NCBI RefSeq assembly: GCF_052425735.1
Contig: NC_135768.1
Span: 9,424,001 to 9,488,000 of the forward strand
Length of the DNA: 64,000 nt
Source: Oculina patagonica
Taxonomy: Eukaryota
Reading direction: 5' to 3'
Positions 37,257-47,098 of the stretch are shown piece by piece. The notes beneath the pieces were generated by a model. It worked only from the letters and a program-made list of their open reading frames with translations. It had not been told where the DNA came from and did no database searches. Positions within the stretch are counted from its first letter, which is position 1. The number at the start of each line of letters is the position of its first letter. The translations under genes were made by a program, and so were the position numbers.

Positions 37257-37915
37257 GGCTATCATGCACTAATTGAAAAACCACAAAAAACTTCATTAGA
37301 AGTTAAAATAAAAATCGTCCAACGCTTTTCTAAAAAAACAACACTTAAATTAATGTTTCTGAAACTCAAAGGCTGTGAATTAAGAATCGTGGCACCTTCC
37401 CCCCCCCCTACCACCACCTCCACCCCCTCCCCCCCCAAAAAAAAAATACGGCGCGCGAAACCAAGCTTGAGCAATTTTGCTGTTTTCCCGTTGTTTGGTT
37501 TTTGCAGCGTTTTGATTTAATCGTTCATAGTATTTTTTAAACGGAAAACACATTTCCATGAAATTAGTCAAATACAAAAGAGCACGCCCTCTTTTGTAAA
37601 AAGCTGTTCATTGATAAAAATCGAAGATCACGGCTTCGCGGACTAAATCTCGGGGAACTGATTTCGAGGCTTCTGTTCTCAATGCAGTAAATCATAGTAT
37701 ATCAAAAGGTGCATGTCGATGCAGGTCGAAAGAGCTGAAATGTCAGTGTTTCGTGGTAAAGAAATGAGAGAAAATATCACATTCTTTAGTTGAGCTTAGT
37801 TGCAACTAGTGTTTTTTAGCTAAGATATCATTTTAATTTGTTTAAAAAACGAGGCAAGTAATCGTTGGGCATAGCTTAACTTTTGTTTCAAAACAACTGC
37901 TATTGAATTTTCCTG

Positions 37916-39037
37916 AGAATCAAAACATAAAACTGCAGCTGCCAAGTCAGGAAACATCCGGCAAAATCACAACTGCAGTTTAATTAATCGGTGAATTAAA
38001 TTGCTAAACGATAACTAAAGGTGATTCTACGAGGAAAATTAAGTGGTCCATTTAAGGTAGCGACAGTGGTGAGGGGTTTGGTCTGAAAATCGTGGTCCAA
38101 ATGCCTTTCTGTCAGGGACTTAAGGGCGGGGGACTGAACGAAAATTTCGCAAATGATATTCGTTACATGACATTTTCCCCTAACACTCCGTTCGCTAATT
38201 AGCTCGCTGATTATATATTCTATTGTAAGGTGATCATAAATTCCAGTTTACGTAGATTGAACATAAAGATACACCACAGGTAGGCCAAGCTCAACTCGAT
38301 ATGTATGGTTTCAGTATTGTTGTTACGCAACACTCGAAATCAGTATAAGGATTTGTAAACTAGCCATCGATCAAACCAGAAAACTTACCTGGAATAAATG
38401 ATAGACAACTGAAGCGAGATAAGCTACTTTTAATTTCAAACAAGTTAATATTTTACGGTTTTATAATACAACCGTTATCCTATACAAACCCTTGTGTTTC
38501 GACTTTTGTGTAATAACAATACATCAAGCTGGGTGACCTGTGGATACACTTTTCCTGCTACCTTTGACAACTTTACGAAGAGATACAATAGCTGACTCAT
38601 GGAAATAGAAATTCCGGTCTATTAAAGTATAAATGAGAAAACAACAAAACAAAGAAAAGAGAGATTCAACGCAGCTACTTTTTGGGTACAAACAAAAAAA
38701 CGTGAAAGATCGAGAAGCGTTTGTCAATTTTGCAGCAAAGATAAATCGTACACCCAACACGAGGCGCTGTTGACTTGTGGACTTTGCATTTCTTCCTTCA
38801 ATTGTATAAAAACTAGTCATGGTATATTGCAATTCCTATGTTTTGATTGGTTTACATGCTGTGGTATATGAGATCATATACCATGGACCACAAATATATA
38901 TGGTAGTTGTAAGCGACAGCAGCAAGAACAGCCAGAAGGCTCAAATATTGCAATTCGTTGGGTGTTTTTAATAAAACAGTTATTCCACTCATAGTTGTTG
39001 GATATGAGATAATACGCTACGCCCCTTGTTGGCTATC

Positions 39038-39074
<37 letters not shown>

Positions 39075-40310
39075 TTTTTACACTGACGGTGATCAAAAAT
39101 TCCGGTTTACGTAGATTGAAAGTGTGGAAGATACACTCTACCCAGGATGATAAAGGGGGGAGGTTTCAATCACGAATTAGGAGCCTATTTTTTCTTAAAA
39201 TTACGAATCACGTTTTTAGACCATTAATTTCACGAATCGCGTATTTAGTATATGTATTAACTTCTGAAGAAAATAAGCTATTGAACTTTCTTGTGAATCA
39301 AAACATGGAACGGCAGCTGCTAGGTCAGGAAACATCCGGCAAAATCACAACTGCAGTTTAATTAATCGGTGAATTAAATTCTCAAACGACAAGGAGATTC
39401 TACAAGGAAAATTATGTGGTTCTTTAGGTAGCACCAGTGGTGAGAGGCTTGGTCTGAAAATGATGGTCCAAATTTCTTTGTAATTGAGACTTAACTGAAG
39501 GAACGTTTCGCAAATGACATTGGTTATACTTAACATTTTACCCTAACGCTCTTCGCTAATTAGTTCGCTATTATCTGAATGTATATTCCATTACAATGAA
39601 GGTGATCATAAAATCCGGTTAACGTAGATTGAACTTATATAACATACACTCTACCAGGGTGGTAACGGGGGGAGTTTCCAATCACGAGCCTATCTTCCTT
39701 TCAATCAAGACTGATGAATTCACGTTTATTTTTTAGACCATTACTTGAATCACGTATTAAGTATATACATTACTGAAGAAAATGAGCTTTAACTGATAAG
39801 TTAATTTGCAAGGTGTTTACCTTTTAATAGCCTAGTAGGATCAGTCGTAGCAAGACTTGATCTCTCAGGCCTATTTAAAACGTTAAATCGAACAGAAAGA
39901 ACGCGTCCTTCAAACAAAATCTGTCTTTCTTATCGTAGGTCAATTTGCTTCACTACCGTAAATGAATACCACAAGCTGCTTATGAACTTCTGATGAGTAC
40001 GTAATTTATCTTTGGTTTTCATGAACTCACAAGATCACGCGTCATACTGCACTTGCCAAACAATTCCGCGGGTTTTCACGTGTACTATCACGCGCTAAGT
40101 TTTGCTCAAATCACACGTCTTGCATAACCCCTTTATCCCCGGGCCTTTATCACACTGTCCACCTGTTACTTGCCGCGCAATTCACTGCACTTGCCGGGCA
40201 ATTTCACGGACCACGGGCAGATTTTGAGCTCTTTTCACGTGTACTGTCACGCGCTAAGTTTTGCTCAAATCACACGTCTTGCATAACCCCTTTACCACAC
40301 TGTCCACCTG
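37916..40310. repeat. Local duplications upstream of the GPCR
   Basis: 37916-38270 resembles 39296-39640; 39085-39290 resembles 39600-39790; 40075-40165 resembles 40233-40310. Confidence 0.8.
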
Positions 40311-40452
40311 CTTAAAAATTCTGGCCAGTTAGACAATCACAGACTGATTTAAGTGAACATAAAAGCCAGGGAATTGGCAGTCAACGCAGCTACTTCTTGT
40401 GGAGAAACGAAGACTCTCTAGACGACTCTGGCAATCTTGCAGCAAACTTAAG

Positions 40453-41556
40453 ATGAATCGCACAACAGCCAACACGACCTTGGTTACTTGTGGCCTTGCG
40501 TTTCTCCCTTCTATTGATCCCGCAAATATTTCGTCTGGTGTTTACACTGTGTACATCGTCAGAACAGCCGTTTACATTATAACCTGTCCTCTCATCATTC
40601 TGCTTAACACGCTAGTGATGGTGGCAGTGAAATCCAAACCGCAGCTTCGCACCAAATCTAACACAGCTCTTGCCTGTTTAGCCACCACTGATCTCATAGT
40701 TGGACTTGCAGTTCAGCCGCTGCAAATCGCCAGCTACATTTTAATGATCAAAGGTGAGACTCAAAACGAACAGTTTTGCACACTGACCGACGTTTCAATG
40801 GCTGTTAGCATAAGATGTGTGCTGGCATCTCTATTTCAGTTATTCCTTATGAGTACAGAGCGTTATATAGCCATAAAACATACATTTGCATACGAGAATC
40901 AGGTCACTAAAGCTCGCCTCATCATCGCTGCTTCTGTGGCGTGGGTTGTTGGGATTGCTCTTCCCATTGAGTACCTCAGGAAGACAGGGAAAACATTTTT
41001 GTCAATCTTAATAGTTTCTGTTATTCTGTTTATCTCGATCCCGGCCATGTTATACTTTAATGCTGTTATATACAAGGAAGTGCGTCGCAACGAGAAACAA
41101 ATTGCTTCCAATCAAGTTTCCTTAGAAGCGAAAGAAAAGATGCTTAAAAACAGAAAAGCTTTTTATACGACAATTATCATACTATTCACAATTTTCCTAT
41201 GTTTTATTCCTGGAAATATTTGTGTTATTATTCTTAATTCTCTTGCGGACAGAATCCCAGACGATGTAAGAGTGATCGTTATTTCTCTTGTTACTATATT
41301 TCCAGTACTGAACTCATTGTTTAATCCGTTGATTTACGTTGTCAGAATAAGATATTTTCGCGTAGCTTTCATTCAGTTGTTATCACGAAAAAGTATTACA
41401 CAGGCAGAAGAACTTGAGCGGCGGATATTTGGATCAAGACGAATTGGAGTCATAGTTAATGCTGAACAAGAACAAATCAGGGCTGACCAAGAACAAGATG
41501 AACAACAAGCAAATGATACTTTGAACAATGGCCACGCCACAACAGTGGGAACATAG
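40453..41556 (+). CDS. Intronless class A (rhodopsin-like) GPCR, orphan (amine/adenosine-receptor-like), 367 aa
   Basis: ATG at 40453; N-terminal N-glycosylation sequons (NRT, NTT, NIS); seven hydrophobic segments; LN in TM1, LAxxD in TM2, ERY, TM4 Trp, CFIP, NSxxNPLIY and helix 8 (YFR). Confidence 0.92.
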   Translation: MNRTTANTTLVTCGLAFLPSIDPANISSGVYTVYIVRTAVYIITCPLIILLNTLVMVAVKSKPQLRTKSNTALACLATTDLIVGLAVQPLQIASYILMIKGETQNEQFCTLTDVSMAVSIRCVLASLFQLFLMSTERYIAIKHTFAYENQVTKARLIIAASVAWVVGIALPIEYLRKTGKTFLSILIVSVILFISIPAMLYFNAVIYKEVRRNEKQIASNQVSLEAKEKMLKNRKAFYTTIIILFTIFLCFIPGNICVIILNSLADRIPDDVRVIVISLVTIFPVLNSLFNPLIYVVRIRYFRVAFIQLLSRKSITQAEELERRIFGSRRIGVIVNAEQEQIRADQEQDEQQANDTLNNGHATTVGT

Positions 41557-41995
41557 CCGGACTTTGAAAATGAAGACGCAAGTAGCTCTATGAGTTTTTG
41601 TCTACGTCTGACCTGGTTTCATTTCAAAGCGTGGGCCTTTCGTTATATAATTAATCCCAAGTAGTTGTCATTATGTAACGACTCAGGGAAAGTCTAAACT
41701 ATATATACAATAAAATTGCAACTGTTTTAATATTTCTAATCTTGCTTTGTTTGATGTGTTTTGAGAGCACTTTCTTTGAGTCTTTACGCAGGATTCCACG
41801 CAGGACTCCAATCTAAGAATTGAATCGAGTAGAAAAAAATCCGACTTTATTAGATATGACATGCTACGAAAAATAATTTGGTGAAAAATACTTCCGAACT
41901 TTACACAAATTCAAGGGGTTGAAACTTGAAAATTTTTAGGAACTCAGATCGGACGAACGGTCGATTGTCGCTCCTTTTAGCGTTTAGTTTGAATA

Positions 41996-42608
41996 AAGAA
42001 ATAAAAAACGCATCCGAGTCATTGTTGAGTTATATAACCACGCGGAATTTTTCAAGAACATGAGAGAAGTGCATAGAGAAGCACAGGTGCAGCCGGGCTT
42101 CTTGCTGAGTATTCTTAAAAATTCCCAAGTGCTTAGATAATGCACGAGCAGAAAGTTTCTCAATTCTTTTATAAAATGTTAAAAGAAATTACGCGTGCTC
42201 AAACTCGTGACGGGAAGGTAAGTCGCGTGCATTATAATTCGATAAAGCACTTGTGACGTAAGCCCCGCGCTTTATGGGGCTTTATAAAATGTCTGAGGAA
42301 TTGAGCGCGCTATGATTGGTCAGTTTGACTTCATTATAGCTCCATAAAGCACCCGGCTTACATCACGCTCATGCTTTATCGAATTATAATGCACGCGGCT
42401 GACGTCACGAGTTTAAGCGCGTAATTTCTTTAATATTTTATAAATTCTTTAATATTTATGAACTGTTGAGTTATATTGGCACTCAAGGATTATTAAGAAC
42501 ACCCGAACACTGCGCTTCGTGCTTCTCTATGCACTTCTCTCGTGTTCTGAAAAATCCCAGCGTGCTCATATAACCCAACAATGCACTCGGGTGTGTTTTT
42601 TATTTCTT
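41996..42608. mobile_element. Foldback (long inverted-repeat) element
   Basis: AAGAAATAAAAAACGCATCCGAGT...GAGAAGTGCATAGAGAAGCAC on the left is the reverse complement of GTGCTTCTCTATGCACTTCTC...ACTCGGGTGTGTTTTTTATTTCTT on the right; a related half copy lies at ~26620-26940. Confidence 0.75.
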
Positions 42609-43357
42609 AAAGATGAAGTCGAGCTGACCAATTTTATTGGGCGTTTGCAAGTAGTCGTGGAAAATGGCACGAACATGTGGCACCCCTCCTGCAATTTGCA
42701 ATGTTTTTTTTTTCACACAACCTGAGTCGTTTTCGCCTTTATTATAAGTTGCAAAGAAAATTGCCTCGTGTAGCAGAGTCTTACGAAGTATGTTTTTCTT
42801 TCAAATGGAAAACCTTTTCCTTTCTTATGTTTCATGTTTTTTTGGTATAACATGTACTCTGTTCCTAAAGTACAGACAATAATCGTATTCCCAGAGGGCC
42901 TGTGTCGAAAGAAGAAAGACTATTCGGCCCAGTGGCTTTAAAAATTTGAATGTTGTTTATTGAAAAAGATTGTACTTTGCAAACGAATGCCATTATCCTT
43001 TTTATTCCATGGACTCCAGGGAAGATAGCGCTTGAATTTAATTTGATACTTGAATCAAAGATGCCAACATAAAAATTCTGCTAACTACTTGTAAACATTT
43101 CTTTAGGAATTTCCCGAGAATAAGATGCGAGAATTTGATTTTCCATCTGTCAAAACAATTACACTAGTCCAATGAGCTTTAACCTGGTTGCTACATTAAC
43201 ATGCTCCTGACCGAGATTTTTTTTTACAAATGCTTAGTGTCTCCTCGTGGAGTCCTTTGGCTTGATTGTAAAAATGATTGCGTAAGAATTGCTCAATCAT
43301 TTGGTTTGAATAGTGGACTGAAATAATAAAAAAAATACGCTTTCTTATGCTCCAGAA

Positions 43358-46300
43358 TTAAAATAGAACACAACAACAAAGCTTCAATGGTCGAGAGATG
43401 TTCGTTGAGCCAGTTGCTACGGCAGCTTTATCCTCAACGTAAATCTTCCTCTTAATTGCCATTGCCTTCTGATAGAGTTCCTCGGCTTGATTGTGATTTC
43501 CAATGCTATCGTAAACGGCTCCTAAGTTGTTATAAATTGTTGCTACATCGTCATGCTCTTCACCAAAAATCTGTTTAGTAATCATCAAAGCCTTCCCGTA
43601 GAGCTCTTTGGCTTGATTGTATTCTCCAATGTTGCAATGCACTGCTCCCAAATCCTTATAGCTGGTCGCTACATGAATGTGCACTTCGCCGAAAATCCTT
43701 TTATAAATCATCAGTGCTTTCTCGAGAAGTTCTATGGCTTGATTGTATTCTCCAGTATTCGCGTACAGTTGTCCCAAGTTGCTATAACATATTGCTGCAT
43801 TAGCATGCTCTTCACCGTAAATCTTTTTACAGATTGACAGCGCCTTCTCGAGGAGTTTTTTGGCTTGATCATATTCTCCAATGTCTTGGTACACTAATGC
43901 CAAATTGTTGTAACTTGTTGCTACATCGTCATGCTCTTCGCCGAAAATCTGTTTAAAAGTCATCAAAGCCTTCCCGTAGAGTTCTTTAGCTTGATTGTAT
44001 TCACCAATGTTGCAATGCACTGCTCCCAAATCCTTATAGCTTGTCGCCACGTGAGTGTGCACTTCGCCAAAAATCGTTTGATAAATCATCAGCGCCTTCT
44101 CAAAGACTTCTTTAGCTTGATTGTATTCTCCAATATTCGCGTACAGTTGTCCCAAGTTGCTATAACATATTGCAACATGAGCATGCTCTTCTCCGAAAAT
44201 CTTCCTACAAATTGTAAGCGCCTTTTCGAGGAGTTCCTTGGCTTGATCATATTCTCCAATGTCTTGGTACACTAATGCCAAATTGTTGTAACTTGTTGCC
44301 ACATCTGCGTGCTCTTCGCCGAAAATCTTTGTACGAATCAACAGTGCCTTCTCGTGGAGTTCTTTGGCCTTATTGTATTCGCCAATGTTGGTGTACACTG
44401 CTCCCAAGTTGTTGTAAATTGTTGCTACATCAGCATGTTCTTCACCGAAAATCTTTTTGCGAATCATCAGTGCCCTCTCGTGGAGTTTTCTGGCTTTGTG
44501 GTAGTCTCCAATGTCTGCGTAGGCCAGTCCCAAGTTGCTGTAACTTGCTGCTATGTCGGCATTCTCATCACCGAAAATACTTTTGTTGATTTTCAGTGCC
44601 TTCTCGTATAGTTCTTTGGCTTCATTGTATTCTCCAATGTTCCTGTGCACCTCTCCCAAGTTGCTATAACTTGTTGCTACATGAGCATGCTCCTCACCGA
44701 AAATCTTTTTCCGAATCGCCAGTGCCTTTGCGTGGAATTCTTTAGCTTGATTGTATTCTCCAATGTCCGTGTACACCGCTCCCAAGTCATTATAGCTTGT
44801 TGCTACATCAGCATGATCCTCGCCGAAAATCTTTTTCTGTATCGCTAACGCCTTGTAAAAGAGTTCTTTAGCTTGTGGTAAATCAGAGATTTTGTTACAT
44901 GCTATGGCAAATGAGCAGAGCCACTGAATCAGTTTGTGAACAGTTATGAAGGACATCATCTCCTCTTGGAAAATACCATCTGACGAAGTGATAGTTATTT
45001 CCGCCAGAAGAGCTTTGCAGTGAGACGTCAGTTTCCGTAAAAGAGCACAGGTTTTTCCTTTTCTTTCGATGTTTTCATGTTCTGATTGAAGGAATGATTC
45101 AAAAATCTTTATTGCTGTTGCCATGTTCTCGGTTCTCTCTGTTAAATCCAGAATACAAATCGCTTCTTGTTTCAGCACTTCGTGCACAATGTTATGTAAA
45201 CGCAAAAATGTGACTTCTTCCTCTTCTTCAGCTGAGATGAGAATCAAAGAAGATTTCAAAATTCTTGCCTTTATTAGCTCCTCTGGCTGGCCTGTCGTTC
45301 GAGCTTTGACGTATTTTACAGCAGCTTCAAGTGGTAGTAATTCAGACGAGCAAAGAGAAAGAAAGAAGAACAGATGATGAAAAACTTCATCGGCTTCCAC
45401 AGCTCTTTCTAAAGCCATTTTTACGGCAGTTGTCATTGTTTTGGAATAACCCAAATTCTGACTCGCGAGAAGGTGGTCACTCACTTCTCGATGGCCTTGT
45501 CTTAGTCCTTTCAGGTATTCTGTCCAACTAAAGCTTGGTGACCCGTTCTCTACAACAGTTTTGACGTAATAACCAGCTGCTGCTAAAGCCAGTGGCTGGT
45601 ACTCAAGGGCTTTAGCAACATCTTCTGCTTTTGCTTGATCAGCAGTTTGCGACACTTGATGCAACAACTCTAGTGCGTCATTTAGCTGCATTCCTTTACT
45701 GAATGACTCATGGTAAGTGTGAGAAGAATTTGGAGGAATTGAAGTGCTATCTTGAGTGGTAATGAGCACTAGCCCGTGGCCCCATTCCGTACTGCCAGTT
45801 TGAGGCAGACACCCATGTACTAAGCTTAACGCATGCACGTTATCAGCAATTATCAACCACCTTGAAAACTTTTGAGTCTTAGGTAAAATCAAGCGCTTGA
45901 GGTGCTGAATTGTTTCGCTCGGCTTCTCTCTTTTCGAGGTTTCAAGTGCAGTCAAGGTGTACTCTGTGATTCCTAATTGTTTACCGAGAGTAAGGTAAGA
46001 GTCAGCAAGTGTTTCAATGCTTTCGGCATTCAGAGTGGCAACAAATGTCAGATCTTCACTCAATGATCTTGTGCTAAAGAACTCTTGTCCAATTTGACCA
46101 GCAAGTTGACTTTTACCACATCCAGGACTCCCTGACAGAAAAATCGTACTAACTGCCCCAATATTGCAATCGCAAAGCTCTTCCATCTTCTTTGTGATCC
46201 TTTGAATGTCTTTGGAACGCCTGATAATTTCATGTGGCGGTGAAAGTGCCAGAGAACAGAAAGACTCAAGTTTGGAGTTGACTTCCTCAGAGAGAGAGGA

Positions 46301-46906
46301 GTTTTCTTCTTTTGCAGAGCACAGGTCAGATTTTATTGTTTCCAGGTCAAATTTTGTTTGGTCCAGCTCGGTTTTGAGATCATCAACTTGTTTCTTCAAG
46401 CTTTCTACCTCTGCCGTTGGGAAGCTTCTTTGGTTTCTGACATTTTCAATGTCATTAATGGGAAGGCCCAAAGAATTAAAGGACTGTAACACTCTTGCCA
46501 TGTAATTCTGAAAATCCGCATCTGAGAGCTTGGCCTCGCAAATGTGTGCAATGTCATTTCGGAATTGACGAAGATCATCGACTTCTTTCCTGATCACTGC
46601 ACTAAGGGTTGTGCCAATGCTATCTGAGAATAGGATCGCGAAGAACAAACAACTACAGTCCCACTCTGCCGTGTTTCCATTCTGTATTGTCGTCAGATAT
46701 CGACAATTTTTCGAGCGACTCTTTTTTCCCTCGTTGTTGTAGAAGTCAAGGCCGTTCTTAGGCGCTTCTTTCCATTTCCCATGAGAAGTTGCCGTGTAAC
46801 GGAAATTCCATTCTTGTCTAAAGATCTTTCGCAGTCCTTCTGGAACCAAGTTAAATGCCACGTAACATATTCGGAAGTAACTTAATTGTTCCGGTGAATA
46901 CTCCAT
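43358..46906 (-). CDS. NLR-like STAND protein: DZIP3/hRUL138-type HEPN - coiled coil - NB-ARC-like NTPase - 11 TPR (often auto-annotated 'nephrocystin-3-like')
   Basis: Single 1182-aa ORF. N-terminal EQLSYFRI..GLRKIF..W..WDCSCLF..DDLRQFRNDIAH (R-x4-H); heptads at about aa 165-215; Walker A GSPGCGKS; Walker B WLIIADNV; LVLITTQ; QPLAL (GLPL-like); 42-aa TPR repeats. A 5'UTR splice acceptor lies at ~46927. Confidence 0.93.
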   Translation of the reverse strand: MEYSPEQLSYFRICYVAFNLVPEGLRKIFRQEWNFRYTATSHGKWKEAPKNGLDFYNNEGKKSRSKNCRYLTTIQNGNTAEWDCSCLFFAILFSDSIGTTLSAVIRKEVDDLRQFRNDIAHICEAKLSDADFQNYMARVLQSFNSLGLPINDIENVRNQRSFPTAEVESLKKQVDDLKTELDQTKFDLETIKSDLCSAKEENSSLSEEVNSKLESFCSLALSPPHEIIRRSKDIQRITKKMEELCDCNIGAVSTIFLSGSPGCGKSQLAGQIGQEFFSTRSLSEDLTFVATLNAESIETLADSYLTLGKQLGITEYTLTALETSKREKPSETIQHLKRLILPKTQKFSRWLIIADNVHALSLVHGCLPQTGSTEWGHGLVLITTQDSTSIPPNSSHTYHESFSKGMQLNDALELLHQVSQTADQAKAEDVAKALEYQPLALAAAGYYVKTVVENGSPSFSWTEYLKGLRQGHREVSDHLLASQNLGYSKTMTTAVKMALERAVEADEVFHHLFFFLSLCSSELLPLEAAVKYVKARTTGQPEELIKARILKSSLILISAEEEEEVTFLRLHNIVHEVLKQEAICILDLTERTENMATAIKIFESFLQSEHENIERKGKTCALLRKLTSHCKALLAEITITSSDGIFQEEMMSFITVHKLIQWLCSFAIACNKISDLPQAKELFYKALAIQKKIFGEDHADVATSYNDLGAVYTDIGEYNQAKEFHAKALAIRKKIFGEEHAHVATSYSNLGEVHRNIGEYNEAKELYEKALKINKSIFGDENADIAASYSNLGLAYADIGDYHKARKLHERALMIRKKIFGEEHADVATIYNNLGAVYTNIGEYNKAKELHEKALLIRTKIFGEEHADVATSYNNLALVYQDIGEYDQAKELLEKALTICRKIFGEEHAHVAICYSNLGQLYANIGEYNQAKEVFEKALMIYQTIFGEVHTHVATSYKDLGAVHCNIGEYNQAKELYGKALMTFKQIFGEEHDDVATSYNNLALVYQDIGEYDQAKKLLEKALSICKKIYGEEHANAAICYSNLGQLYANTGEYNQAIELLEKALMIYKRIFGEVHIHVATSYKDLGAVHCNIGEYNQAKELYGKALMITKQIFGEEHDDVATIYNNLGAVYDSIGNHNQAEELYQKAMAIKRKIYVEDKAAVATGSTNISRPLKLCCCVLF

Positions 46907-47098
46907 CGATCTTGAGTGACCCTAGCTGTAAGAAAAAGTCACATTAAACTTGCTCATTTATGAAGCATGTTTTCTTGCTTAATTACAAGGTCAGTGTATA
47001 CTGTAGTGTATATCGTGTCTATTCGTCACTATATATGTAATAGAATCTCAGAAACTATTTAGGAGTCCTAACGACGTTTAACCCTTTTAATTTTAGCC

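Noticed and set aside
40399-40452. GTG-initiated extension of the GPCR
   Set aside because: Eukaryotic gene; the first ATG is at 40453, followed by typical glycosylated N-terminal residues.
43553-44848. Repetitive plus-strand ORFs antisense to the TPR array
   Set aside because: Shadows of the 126-nt repeat; no independent coding signal.
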